In this document: in pieces, positions 1 through 8,100 of the stretch
Position numbering within the stretch: position 1 is the stretch's first letter
How the letters are laid out: the number at the start of each line of letters is the position of its first letter
Notes under the pieces: model-generated
Told to the model about the DNA's origin: nothing
Database searches by the model: none
Seen by the model: the letters and a program-made list of their open reading frames with translations, nothing else
Assembly (NCBI GenBank): GCA_016840465.1
Contig: JAEOSH010000026.1
Span: 1 to 25,575 of the forward strand
DNA length: 25,575 nucleotides
Direction of reading: 5' to 3'
Source: Candidatus Baldrarchaeum yapensis
GTDB lineage: Archaea; Asgardarchaeota; Baldrarchaeia; Baldrarchaeales; Baldrarchaeaceae
Program-made: the position numbers and the translations under genes

Positions 1-529
1 GTTTTCCCTCAGCCGGTATTCTCTCCAGTACGAAGGACACGTACTCGTCTATTATTTCGTTTGTGTTCCAGTGCTCAACTTTTCCGAGGTTGTTCCAGTT
101 CGCCAGTCTGAAGTTTCCGTCGTAGAATACTTTCTTGATTTTCTGGTTTTCGATGTCTATGTATCCAGTTCCGTCGGGGTGACGGAATCTTATTCCGTTG
201 TACTCAGGCGGGTTGTGGCTCGCGGTTATTATAATTCCGGCATTGAAGGTTTTTGCCTTCCAGGTTGCCCAATTACCGACGGATATTGGAAGTTCGCCTA
301 GGAGGGTTACGTTCACGCCTGTGGATGTAAGGCTTGCGGTGAGGGCGTGCTCTATTGCGGGGCTACTTGTTCTGACATCTCTGCATATGGACACCGAGTT
401 CCCCTCCTCCAGGAGCGTTCCGAAGGCCTGCCCTATTCTTGCGACAATTTCGGGGGTGAGTTCCTTGTTGTAGATGCCTCTGATGTCGTAGGCTCGGAAT
501 ATATGTTCTATTTCTTCGAGTTTGGGCAT
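1..529 (-). CDS. Phosphohexomutase (phosphomannomutase/phosphoglucomutase/GlmM family), 5' part; runs off the window start
   Basis: Not in the ORF track; translated by hand from ATG at 529: MPKLEEIEHIFRAYDIRGIYNKELTPEIVARIGQAFG...RDVRTSS...IIITASHNPPEYNGIRF. Contains the FRAYDIRG N-terminal signature and the TASHNP phosphoserine motif. GGTGAG RBS upstream. No stop codon before position 1. Confidence 0.95.
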   Translation of the reverse strand, partial: MPKLEEIEHIFRAYDIRGIYNKELTPEIVARIGQAFGTLLEEGNSVSICRDVRTSSPAIEHALTASLTSTGVNVTLLGELPISVGNWATWKAKTFNAGIIITASHNPPEYNGIRFRHPDGTGYIDIENQKIKKVFYDGNFRLANWNNLGKVEHWNTNEIIDEYVSFVLERIPAEGK

Positions 530-652
530 GTAACTCACCGCGGGTTATGCTGTAGATAGGTATCCCGTGCGGATACTTTTATTTTACCTTAGGAGGCGGT
601 GCGGATGGGGGACTTTAAATATTGTGTGTGGGAACGAAAATATGGTGATGCG

Positions 653-1435
653 ATGGACGCGTTACGGAAGGAGTTCTTAGAATTATTGGAGAAGGATAAG
701 GAGTTCCGATATGCGGTTGCGGGGTATTTAGGAGTACTTGAGGTACTGAAGAGGTTAGATCAAATTGCGGATGCTCAGAAGAAGTTAATAGAGGGGCAGA
801 ACAAAATATGGGCTGAGATTTCAAAAATATGGGACGAAATTTCTAAGATATGGAGGGAGATTGAAAAGGTGTGGAAGGAAATTGAGAGTGTTCGTGGGGA
901 GATAAAGGCTCTAAGAGAGGAGGTTTCAAAGATATGGGAGGAGATTAGGAGTATATGGAGCGAGGTGAAAAAGTTACGTGAAGACTTCAATAAAATGTTA
1001 GCGGAGATCAGGAGCATAAATATGAGGCTAGAGAGGGTTGAGAGGACGCTGGAGAAGATCACATTAAGCATCGAGGACGATGCTCGTGTTATTATCGAGT
1101 GGTCTCTAAGAGGTAGGGGTATAGACATGAGAGTAAGAGAGCTTATTCTTCCGGATCTTCAGATGAACATCTATGGGGCGTCAGATGAGATATGTATCGT
1201 GGGTGAAGTAGAGACGAGAGCAGGGGTTTCAACCCTCAGGGAGTTGGAGAGGAAGTTTGAGATCCTGCGGTCGAAGTATCCCGAGTATTTGCGGAGGAGG
1301 GTAATCCTCGTAATATACACCCTTCAGCCGACGTACGAATTGATAGAAGAGGCGCGCAAGAAGGGCGTATGGCTCTTGAGGCCGACGGTAGAGTATGTAA
1401 GACCAGATCCTTTGTGGAAAGAGATTTCCTTATAA
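653..1435 (+). CDS. Coiled-coil protein with Trp-rich heptad repeats and a C-terminal degenerate PD-(D/E)xK-like domain (archaeal paREP/DUF3782-like accessory family)
   Basis: ORF track 599..1435. Preferred start is ATG 653 (GGTGA at 644-648; TTTAAATA TATA-like box at 614-621). N-terminus LRKEFLELLEKDKEFRYAVAGYLG, heptad array, then C-terminal QMNIYG...IVGEVETR...VILVIYT...ARKKGVWLL, which resembles a restriction-endonuclease-like fold. Family name is from memory. Confidence 0.7.
   Translation: MDALRKEFLELLEKDKEFRYAVAGYLGVLEVLKRLDQIADAQKKLIEGQNKIWAEISKIWDEISKIWREIEKVWKEIESVRGEIKALREEVSKIWEEIRSIWSEVKKLREDFNKMLAEIRSINMRLERVERTLEKITLSIEDDARVIIEWSLRGRGIDMRVRELILPDLQMNIYGASDEICIVGEVETRAGVSTLRELERKFEILRSKYPEYLRRRVILVIYTLQPTYELIEEARKKGVWLLRPTVEYVRPDPLWKEISL
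803..1033 (+). repeat. Degenerate 21-nt (heptad) tandem repeat, about 11 units, consensus K-I-W-x-E-I-x
   Basis: KIWAEIS KIWDEIS KIWREIE KVWKEIE SVRGEIK ALREEVS KIWEEIR SIWSEVK KLREDFN KMLAEIR SINMRLE. DNA units such as aaaatatgg/aagatatgg recur every 21 nt. Confidence 0.9.
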
Positions 1436-1483
1436 TTTTATCAATTTCGTTCTAAATTTTAATTTCTTGGAATCTTCAAGCTA

Positions 1484-1503
1484 TAATCATTTAATGATGA
1501 TTA
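1484..1503. promoter_or_regulatory. AT-rich inverted repeat, possible operator
   Basis: TAATCAT (1484-1490) / ATGATTA (1497-1503) with a 6-nt spacer, in an AT-rich intergenic stretch upstream of the wHTH pseudogene. Could be chance given the base composition. Confidence 0.25.
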
Positions 1504-1642
1504 ATAGCATGATATTTTAAATAAAAACGGGTACGCACTAGTTATATTGCGTTACGGGCAGTATTGGCGCATTTTTGAGGGGGCAACATCTCGCAAAATA
1601 ATTGATGTAATGGCCGGTTGTTGAGATTCTTGTGTAGTATGA

Positions 1643-1908
1643 ATGATTGAAGTAGAGAGATTGAGATGATAGGGATATTGCATGTGCTCATCGTTCTTCG
1701 AAAAACCGGTATAATGTTAACAGAGTTGCTGCAGAAAGTAGATACTTCTTCTAAAACCGTTATGAGAGCCGTAAACCACCTACTAAAAATAGGCCTTATT
1801 AAGGAAGTTTAAGGAAGTCCGCGAGGGGAGTTTCCGCACAGGAGGGGACTTTTCCTCACAGAGAAGGGGAAGAGGATAGAGGAGTTGTTAGAAAAGATAG
1901 AGCCATAA
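1643..1908 (+). pseudogene. Disrupted winged-helix (MarR/ArsR-like) transcription regulator
   Basis: Frame from ATG 1666 reads MIGILHVLIVLRKTGIMLTELLQKVDTSSKTVMRAVNHLLKIGLIKEV*GSPRGEFPHRRGLFLTEKGKRIEELLEKIEP*, with an in-frame TAA at 1810-1812. HTH helices and the LTEKG wing motif are clear. An upstream ATG at 1643 (MIEVERL) is one base out of frame. Confidence 0.75.
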
Positions 1909-1978
1909 GTCAGGAGAGTTAAAAGTAAAGGAGGTCGCGCTCTCCGAATCCCTGTCGGTATCTCCCAAACGCGGTCGA

Positions 1979-2089
1979 AGACTGCCGCTTCCTATCTCCT
2001 CCCCATTTTTCCTCCTACGATACCCCGGGCCGAAAAACTTGGCCGCCGAGGGTTGCGAAGTTGGGCGGGTTGATCTGCTGCGGCAGTCT
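1979..2089. other. GC-rich long imperfect hairpin closed by a perfect 10-bp inverted repeat
   Basis: AGACTGCCGC (1979-1988) / GCGGCAGTCT (2080-2089). Inner pairings CCTC/GAGG and GGCC/GGCC around a GAAAAACTT loop. About 59% GC by hand count (66/111). Confidence 0.45.
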
Positions 2090-2172
2090 AATCGGTATGA
2101 AAAGACGAAGTGTCGTTTTGAAGGGAGAAGGACCTGCAGAGTAGGAGAAGCGCATTGCGCTTGTGTGGGACA

Positions 2173-2180
2173 TTTATATA
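2173..2180 (+). promoter_or_regulatory. Consensus archaeal TATA box with no adjacent coding gene
   Basis: TTTATATA at 2173-2180. The nearest downstream CDS start is ~300 nt away, and a second TATA-like TTTATAAT lies at 2373-2380 closer to vapB. Confidence 0.5.
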
Positions 2181-2203
2181 TCGTTGCCCACAACAGTAGT
2201 AGT

Positions 2204-2282
2204 GGGCATGGCTAGGCATGACATGCCCTCTCGTCAGGCGGTTGCAGTTGTTACGATGCCAACCGCGCCCTTTTCTACTTTT
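2204..2282 (+). ncRNA. Candidate small non-coding RNA or structured leader (two hairpins + oligo-T)
   Basis: Begins ~24 nt after the TATA box. Stems GGGCATG/CATGCCC (2204-2210/2222-2228) and GCGGTTG/CAACCGC (2238-2244/2260-2266), followed by TTTTCTACTTTT. No known RNA family recognised. Confidence 0.3.
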
Positions 2283-2481
2283 CGCTGCTTTGTCGCAAAT
2301 AATCGTTAGCCTGACAAAGGACAACTTTTGGTGGGCTCGCATTAAGCATATGTCGCTTATGAATGTTTAAGCCTTTATAATATCACATGATGGTAATACT
2401 ATAGCATAATAATGTTACATGGTTATATTGCTTTTTGCTTTCAGAGATGGAATGTAAGAACGATGCCTCGAGGTGAGACTA

Positions 2482-2709
2482 TTGAAAACAATTGCCGTAT
2501 CGGAGAGGATTTACCGGTTGTTATTATACGTCGAGAAAGAGTTAGGGGCGAAAAGTCATGGAGAGGCGATTGAGAGGTTGATTCGTATATATAAGGAGTA
2601 CAAGAAGGCGCGAATAAGGGAACTAATGAAACTTTCGAGGCTTCCGGAGGATAAGGTAAAGGAGCTGGAGGAAATAATTGCGAAGTTGAGGGATAGGCCG
2701 TGGAGATAA
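2482..2709 (+). CDS. vapB: VapB-type antitoxin (RHH-like N-terminus)
   Basis: MKTIAVSERIYRLL...SHGEAIERLI resembles a ribbon-helix-helix antitoxin. Lies immediately upstream of, and overlaps, a PIN gene. The ORF track starts at GTG 2473; TTG 2482 is preferred because GAGGTGA at 2470-2476 is an RBS. Confidence 0.75.
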   Translation: MKTIAVSERIYRLLLYVEKELGAKSHGEAIERLIRIYKEYKKARIRELMKLSRLPEDKVKELEEIIAKLRDRPWR

Positions 2710-3107
2710 GAACTTGTGTTCTCGACACATCGGTTGTGATCGCTATTTATGACAAGAATAAGGATTGGCTTTTGGAGTACATTTTCGAAAGGTATGAGAG
2801 GATATTAATACCGTGGATTGTGGAACACGAGTATCTATATGGACACGAGTACATAGGTGAGGACATTACGAGGAAAAAGTTTCTTCTTGAACAATTAGGT
2901 GAAATAGTATTTCCCACGCAGGATATTGTGATGCGAGCGGTAAAATTGGACGTTAATCTGGCAAAAGAGGGTATGCAGATACCATTTGGGGACATATACA
3001 TAGCAGCGGTCGCATTGACGTATAATGCAGATCTTGTCACGTTAGATGTGCGTCATTATGAGAGGGTTAAGGATCTTAAGGTTGTAGTTCCCAAAGAACA
3101 AAAATAG
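2700..3107 (+). CDS. vapC: PIN-domain ribonuclease toxin (VapC family)
   Basis: PIN acidic motifs VLDTSVVI, EHEYLYG, GDIYIAAVAL, LVTLDVRHY. 135 aa; overlaps the antitoxin by 10 nt. Confidence 0.92.
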   Translation: MEIRTCVLDTSVVIAIYDKNKDWLLEYIFERYERILIPWIVEHEYLYGHEYIGEDITRKKFLLEQLGEIVFPTQDIVMRAVKLDVNLAKEGMQIPFGDIYIAAVALTYNADLVTLDVRHYERVKDLKVVVPKEQK

Positions 3108-3113
3108 GAGAGA

Positions 3114-3653
3114 TTAAAGTTCTTTTAAGACGTCATCGAGTTTTTTGATTTCCGCATTCAGTACGTTTTTCATGTGTTCCAGTCCGTATTGTTGTGCTTT
3201 TTCGTCTATTGTGGCGACGCATTCCTCGGGAACTATTATTTTGTAGCCTAGGAAGTAGGCGTCGGCGGCCGTGTGCAGGACGCAGATGTTTGTGGCGACG
3301 CCCGTCAGTATCAATGTATCGACGCCCAACTCTCTCAGCGTGAGGTCGAGGGATGTCTGGAAGAATCCGCTGTATCTTCTCTTTTCTATGATTATGTCTC
3401 CGGGCTGGGGTTTTAGTTCGTCCACGACCTCGGCTCCCTTTGTTCCCTTAACGCAGTGCTTTGGCCAGATTTTGAACTCGGCGTCGTTCTCCAGATGGCT
3501 ATCGCATATGTATATTATTGGGATTTTCTTTTTGCGGGCCTCCTCTAGGAGTCTTTTTATGTTAGGGATTATTTTTCTCCCCTCTGGAAGTTCCAGAGGC
3601 GCGCCTTCGAGCAGGAAGTCGTTAAGCATGTCGATCACAAGGATTGCCTTCAT
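3114..3653 (-). CDS. pncA: Nicotinamidase / isochorismatase-family cysteine hydrolase
   Basis: VIDMLNDF, DSH, WPKHCVKGTKGAE, IEKRRYSGF, GVATNICVLHTA (Asp-Lys-Cys triad). Divergent from pncB. GGTGA RBS. Confidence 0.88.
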   Translation of the reverse strand: MKAILVIDMLNDFLLEGAPLELPEGRKIIPNIKRLLEEARKKKIPIIYICDSHLENDAEFKIWPKHCVKGTKGAEVVDELKPQPGDIIIEKRRYSGFFQTSLDLTLRELGVDTLILTGVATNICVLHTAADAYFLGYKIIVPEECVATIDEKAQQYGLEHMKNVLNAEIKKLDDVLKEL

Positions 3654-3857
3654 GCTATCACCGTGAGACTTTTAGAATTATTGGGTTCTCCGGCTATTAG
3701 AGTTGTGATGGTCATGGCAAGCTTTGACATTGGCGTCGTGATGAGGTTCTAGGATTGCCTTTACCTAAAAGGTTGAAATATTGTGCGTGGTAGAGAGTAG
3801 TACATACGGCGTCGTGTGGTTGAGACGGAAGAATAAAGGGGGCCGCGGTGAGTTCCC

Positions 3858-5105
3858 ATGGGCGATGACTATCTTTTCATTATGGCGACTCCCGAGGAGA
3901 TAAAGGAGGGAAAGACGACAGACATCTATTTTATCCGTACGGTCAAGATTTTAGAGGAGGACAACCTATCGAATGTTGTTGTGAATGCAGAATTCACTGC
4001 GAGCGGTTTTCCTGACAATTATCCATGGGCCTTCTTGGGAGGATTGAGAGACGTTGCCAAGCTTTTGGAGGGGCTCCCCATAGACGTTGATGCGATGCCA
4101 GAGGGTTCTGTCTTCTACAAGGAGGACTATTACGGTGTGAAGGAGCCCGTTATGGTCATTAGGGGGCCCTATGGCAAGTTTGCGATCTACGAGACTCCGG
4201 TGCTGGGATTTCTGTGTATGGGCTCAGGGGTTTTGACGAAGACCGCAAGATTGAGAAAGGTTGCCGGAGACGATGTCATATTGATTTCGTTCGGCGCTCG
4301 TAGGACTCATCCGGCGATTGCTCCATTTACTGCATTTTACGCGTACATTGGGGGATGTAATGCAGTTTCATGCGTTTTATCTGCTGAGAAGTTTTTGAAC
4401 ATGGCACCCGCGGGGACCATGCCTCATAGTCTCATAATAATATACAGTGTTGTTAAGGGCGACCAAGCAGAGGCGTGGAGAGCGTTTGACAGGGTGATGC
4501 CGCCTGAGGTTCCGCGTATAATGCTGTGTGACACTTATCTTGACGAAACCACCGAGAGCGTTAAAGCGGTTGAGGCTGTTGGTCCCGATAGGGTTTGGGG
4601 AGTGAGACTTGACACTCCAGGGTCTCGAAGAGGGAATTTTGCCGCAATAGTCAGGGAGGTCCTTTGGGAGTTGAGGGCGCGCGGGCTAAAGGGCAAAGTG
4701 TTCGTCTCGGGTGGTATTGACGAGGATGTCATACCGGAGTTGGTCAAGGCGGGGGTATCTGGGTTTGGTATAGGTTCCGCGATAGACAATGCCCGCATAA
4801 TAGACATTGCGATGGACATAACTGCAATATTTCAGAATGGGCAGTGGGTTCCGTGTGCGAAGCGTGGAAAGTTCTCGGGTGTTAAGAAGGTATATCGATG
4901 CCCCGACTGTCTGACCGATGCGATAACGTTGGAGAATGAGCCTAAACCCAAGTGTCCAAAGTGTGGCGGTGAGATGGAGAACATCTTACAGCCGCTGATT
5001 AGGAACGGAAAAATAGTCATGGAGTTTCCGGAGCCGAAGGAAGAAAGGGAATACGTACTGAAGCAACTGAAGAAATTGGACTTGAATAAACGTCCATGGG
5101 ATTAG
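3858..5105 (+). CDS. pncB: Nicotinate phosphoribosyltransferase with C-terminal Zn ribbon
   Basis: TDIYF, SFGARR, AGTMPHS, DTY, VRLDTPGSRRG, FVSGG, GFGIGSAI; CPDC...CPKC near the C-terminus. GGTGA RBS at 3847-3851. Confidence 0.93.
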   Translation: MGDDYLFIMATPEEIKEGKTTDIYFIRTVKILEEDNLSNVVVNAEFTASGFPDNYPWAFLGGLRDVAKLLEGLPIDVDAMPEGSVFYKEDYYGVKEPVMVIRGPYGKFAIYETPVLGFLCMGSGVLTKTARLRKVAGDDVILISFGARRTHPAIAPFTAFYAYIGGCNAVSCVLSAEKFLNMAPAGTMPHSLIIIYSVVKGDQAEAWRAFDRVMPPEVPRIMLCDTYLDETTESVKAVEAVGPDRVWGVRLDTPGSRRGNFAAIVREVLWELRARGLKGKVFVSGGIDEDVIPELVKAGVSGFGIGSAIDNARIIDIAMDITAIFQNGQWVPCAKRGKFSGVKKVYRCPDCLTDAITLENEPKPKCPKCGGEMENILQPLIRNGKIVMEFPEPKEEREYVLKQLKKLDLNKRPWD

Positions 5106-8100
5106 GTGCTGGTGTTATACGATTTCAGTAATTCGATGTCTGAACGCAGAACCCACTGCTTGTCCGGTTTGTATTTCAGATAGTATCCCGAAACAACCTT
5201 TCCTTCCATTTCTAATTGATTTAATAACTCCCTAATCTCATCCTCGTTGAGGCCCGACCACTCGCATATCTCATCTACCGTCGAGGGGCCATTGAACCAT
5301 AGGAACTTCTCTATGAGTTTCTTTTGGGCCAACCTCCTCGTTAAACTTTGGTAACGCTCCAATATTTCTGCTGGAAGGACGCGTTCCGGCAGATCCCATA
5401 CTATCATTGTCTTGCCTTTTTCGTCCTTTATTGTGTCCACGCGAATTATTAAGAAGTTGCTTTCCAGCCTCTGTAAGGAAACTCTCACATCGGAAATCTT
5501 CGCTTTCAGTTTCTTTTTCAATTGTATGATTGTTTGTGGGCCCTCAGCTTTTATTGTATCAAGGATCCTTCTGTCAAGGTCGTTGAGTGGAATGTTCTGT
5601 TCATACACCCTTCTGAAGATCGGGTACTCTTCGGTTACGATCCACAATGGTTGCAGGCCGCGCAGACATCTTATCCATAGTACTTTCCTTTCTCTCCACA
5701 ACTCTCTTGTTGCATTTTGTATTTCTTCCATGTTCATCTTCATTCGCTTTTTAAGGGAAGGTTCCTTATCCATTAATGCGTTTAGGGGACCGCAGTCTTT
5801 CAGTATTCTCACAATATCATCTTTTGTTGTTCCTAGAGAATCTTCTGTCAGACGTGACCTTCTCGCGTAGAATTTCTCAATGACCTCAGCCGGTATTGCT
5901 ATAAAAGTTAGGTTGCTGAGTTCTTCGTACATGTCCCTAGAGATCACCTGAGGAGTGGGTTTGTAGTCGACGAATTTTCCACTCAGGATCTCTCCGCCCA
6001 TTTCTAGGGATGAAAGTATTTTGCTTATCTCTTCGGCGGGTATTCGCGTGTATCTCTCTATTTCTTCCAGTGTTGATGGACCATTATTCCTCAGGAAGGT
6101 CATTATTGCTTCTCGTTTTGCCAGAGCAACGTCGTAGTTTTCTGCGGATTCTAAAATTGCGGGAGGAACTATCGACTCCCTCGCGCACCACAGGTTCTTC
6201 GTCGTGTACTTTCCATTTTTCTTTCTTTTTCTTCTATGTACCAGATATGCCTCTTCCAGAGACTTTAGTGCCTTCTTTACGGTTTTCACGTCCAGATTTA
6301 AGTCCCCGGCAATTTGTTCTTCCGTTGCCTTTCCTACAGTTCTCAGGTATCTTAGAACATTATTTTCGATGCGCGAAAGCGAGGAAATTTTCCTAAAGGC
6401 GGCGTAATATACGGGGTATCTTGCCATGGGGATATAACATGGTTTCTTGTACTTGAGGCAACGAACTTGGATAACTTTTCCTTCTTCCTCCAACATACCC
6501 AGCCATTGACGGACAATTTCGCGTGCCTTCTTATCGTTCTCCGCATGCACTCTTCTTACAATTTCGTCTTCTGGGAGCGCGCCGACATCAAATAATATTG
6601 TTAAGAGGTCATCGGGGGATCTTGCCATAGTTTCCTCAGTGAGGTGCTGTCGTTGCATGATCACACGTTCGACGATATCTCTTGGGAAAATCACTGGTGA
6701 TACCGGAATTCTCTCCATCTTCTCGGATATTCTCTGGAGAACTTTTCTATGCAATTCGCGCAGAAGTGTCTGCCTATCCTCCATTATCACTACATCGCTT
6801 ATTCCGACTAGGAGTATTCCGTGAGCAAAGGGCGATGGCACGTCGTGGGAGTGCAAGAAGTCAAACCTTATGTTTCCGCGTTCGATTTCCCTTAACACAT
6901 ACTCAGCGTTTTGTACGTCGAAAACGTCCTCTAGTATTTCCCTATATGTTTCTTTGACTACCGGGAAGTCCTCCCATTCTGAAATCAGGTCAAGAATTCT
7001 GGAAGCACGGAGTTGCTGTTTCGACAATGAAATTTCTACGCCCTTATACCGCTTAAGGATCATGAAACTCCTAGCGGCGACATGCTGGAATCTTCGCCTG
7101 AACAATTCTGTGTTCTTTACTGCTCTACGTAAAACCTCCCTCAATTCTCTCCAGTTCAGCAACTCCGGTATTTCGTGTATGTCCATCCTCTTATCGCTCG
7201 GAAGGACGAGGAGAAAGCCGTCGTCATTAACTGCGGTTCCAACATTTGCCCTAATCAAGTTTGAGATTTTATACGCGTATGCGCGGGAAAGAGCATCATT
7301 GACCCTTCTTCCAAATGGCGCATGGAAGATTATGTGTTGTTTTCCGCTATCATCGAAGAACTCCTCTATCAATATGACTCTATGTGTCGCGATTTTTCCT
7401 GAAAAGCGGAGTTGTTCGAGGAAGTAATTGATAATGCTGTTTGCAGCGTATTCGTCAAGATAATACTCCCTTACTAACCACTCCCTCACGCTGTCTTCGC
7501 CCTCGGTAAGTAGCCGTCGCACGACTTCCTCCCTAAATTTTCCGACTTCTATTGAAAGATCGAAGCTTCGCGGAAGCATTTCACCTACCCATGTTGGTAC
7601 CGTCGGTCTCTTTCCGAAAGCGCTCCTCACGAAGACTGTCATACCGCTGGTCGTGAGGTATTCGTATGTTTTTCCTCCTAGGACAAAGACATCTCCGGGA
7701 TTCAACCTTTCAAGGAATTTCTCGCTCAGCATTCCAATTTTCATGCCAGTATCTTTGTCGATGACCTTGAATTCCGCCTCTTCCGGTATAGTTCCAACGT
7801 TAAGGAAGTATATCATCCGAGAGGATTTCTTTCTCCCAAATTTCCCCTCGGAAAGATCAAGCCATATCTTTCTGTAGACTCCCGCGTACTCGAGGGGGGC
7901 ATATTCGCCACCTAGAAATCTCAGTACGGACAGATAGTCGTCCCAGCTGAGATCGTGGTAGCAGTACGAGCACCTTATCAGTTTATATGCGTCGTGGATG
8001 TCCCACTTGGCGTTAATCGACATTCCAACTATGTGCTGCGCCAGGACATCTAAGCAGTTTTTAGGTATTTGCACGCGATCTATCTTCCCATCATATGCTG

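Noticed and set aside
71-559. Three + strand ORFs (71..301, 198..473, 347..559)
   Set aside because: They are antisense shadows of the phosphohexomutase gene on the - strand, which has clear family motifs.
803-1033. Possible CRISPR-like periodicity
   Set aside because: The repeats are contiguous, in-frame 21-nt coding units with no unique spacers, and no cas genes are in the window.
1810-1850. AGGAAGTCCGC resembling the RNase P RNA P4 5' strand
   Set aside because: It lies within the wHTH pseudogene reading frame, and no matching 3' P4 strand was found downstream.
1888-2342. ORFs 1888..2193 (-) and 2088..2342 (-), plus open + strand frames across 1910-2215
   Set aside because: No recognisable motifs, atypical composition and no RBS. 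No transposase or TnpB motifs were seen, so no mobile element is called.
1541-2431. Shared 10-mer GTTATATTGC at 1541-1550 and 2422-2431
   Set aside because: One AT-rich 10-mer match within ~1 kb is plausible by chance, and the neighbouring ATAGCAT motifs have different spacing.
3738-3800. GTGATGA (C-box-like) in the pncA-pncB spacer
   Set aside because: No CTGA D or D' boxes at suitable spacing.
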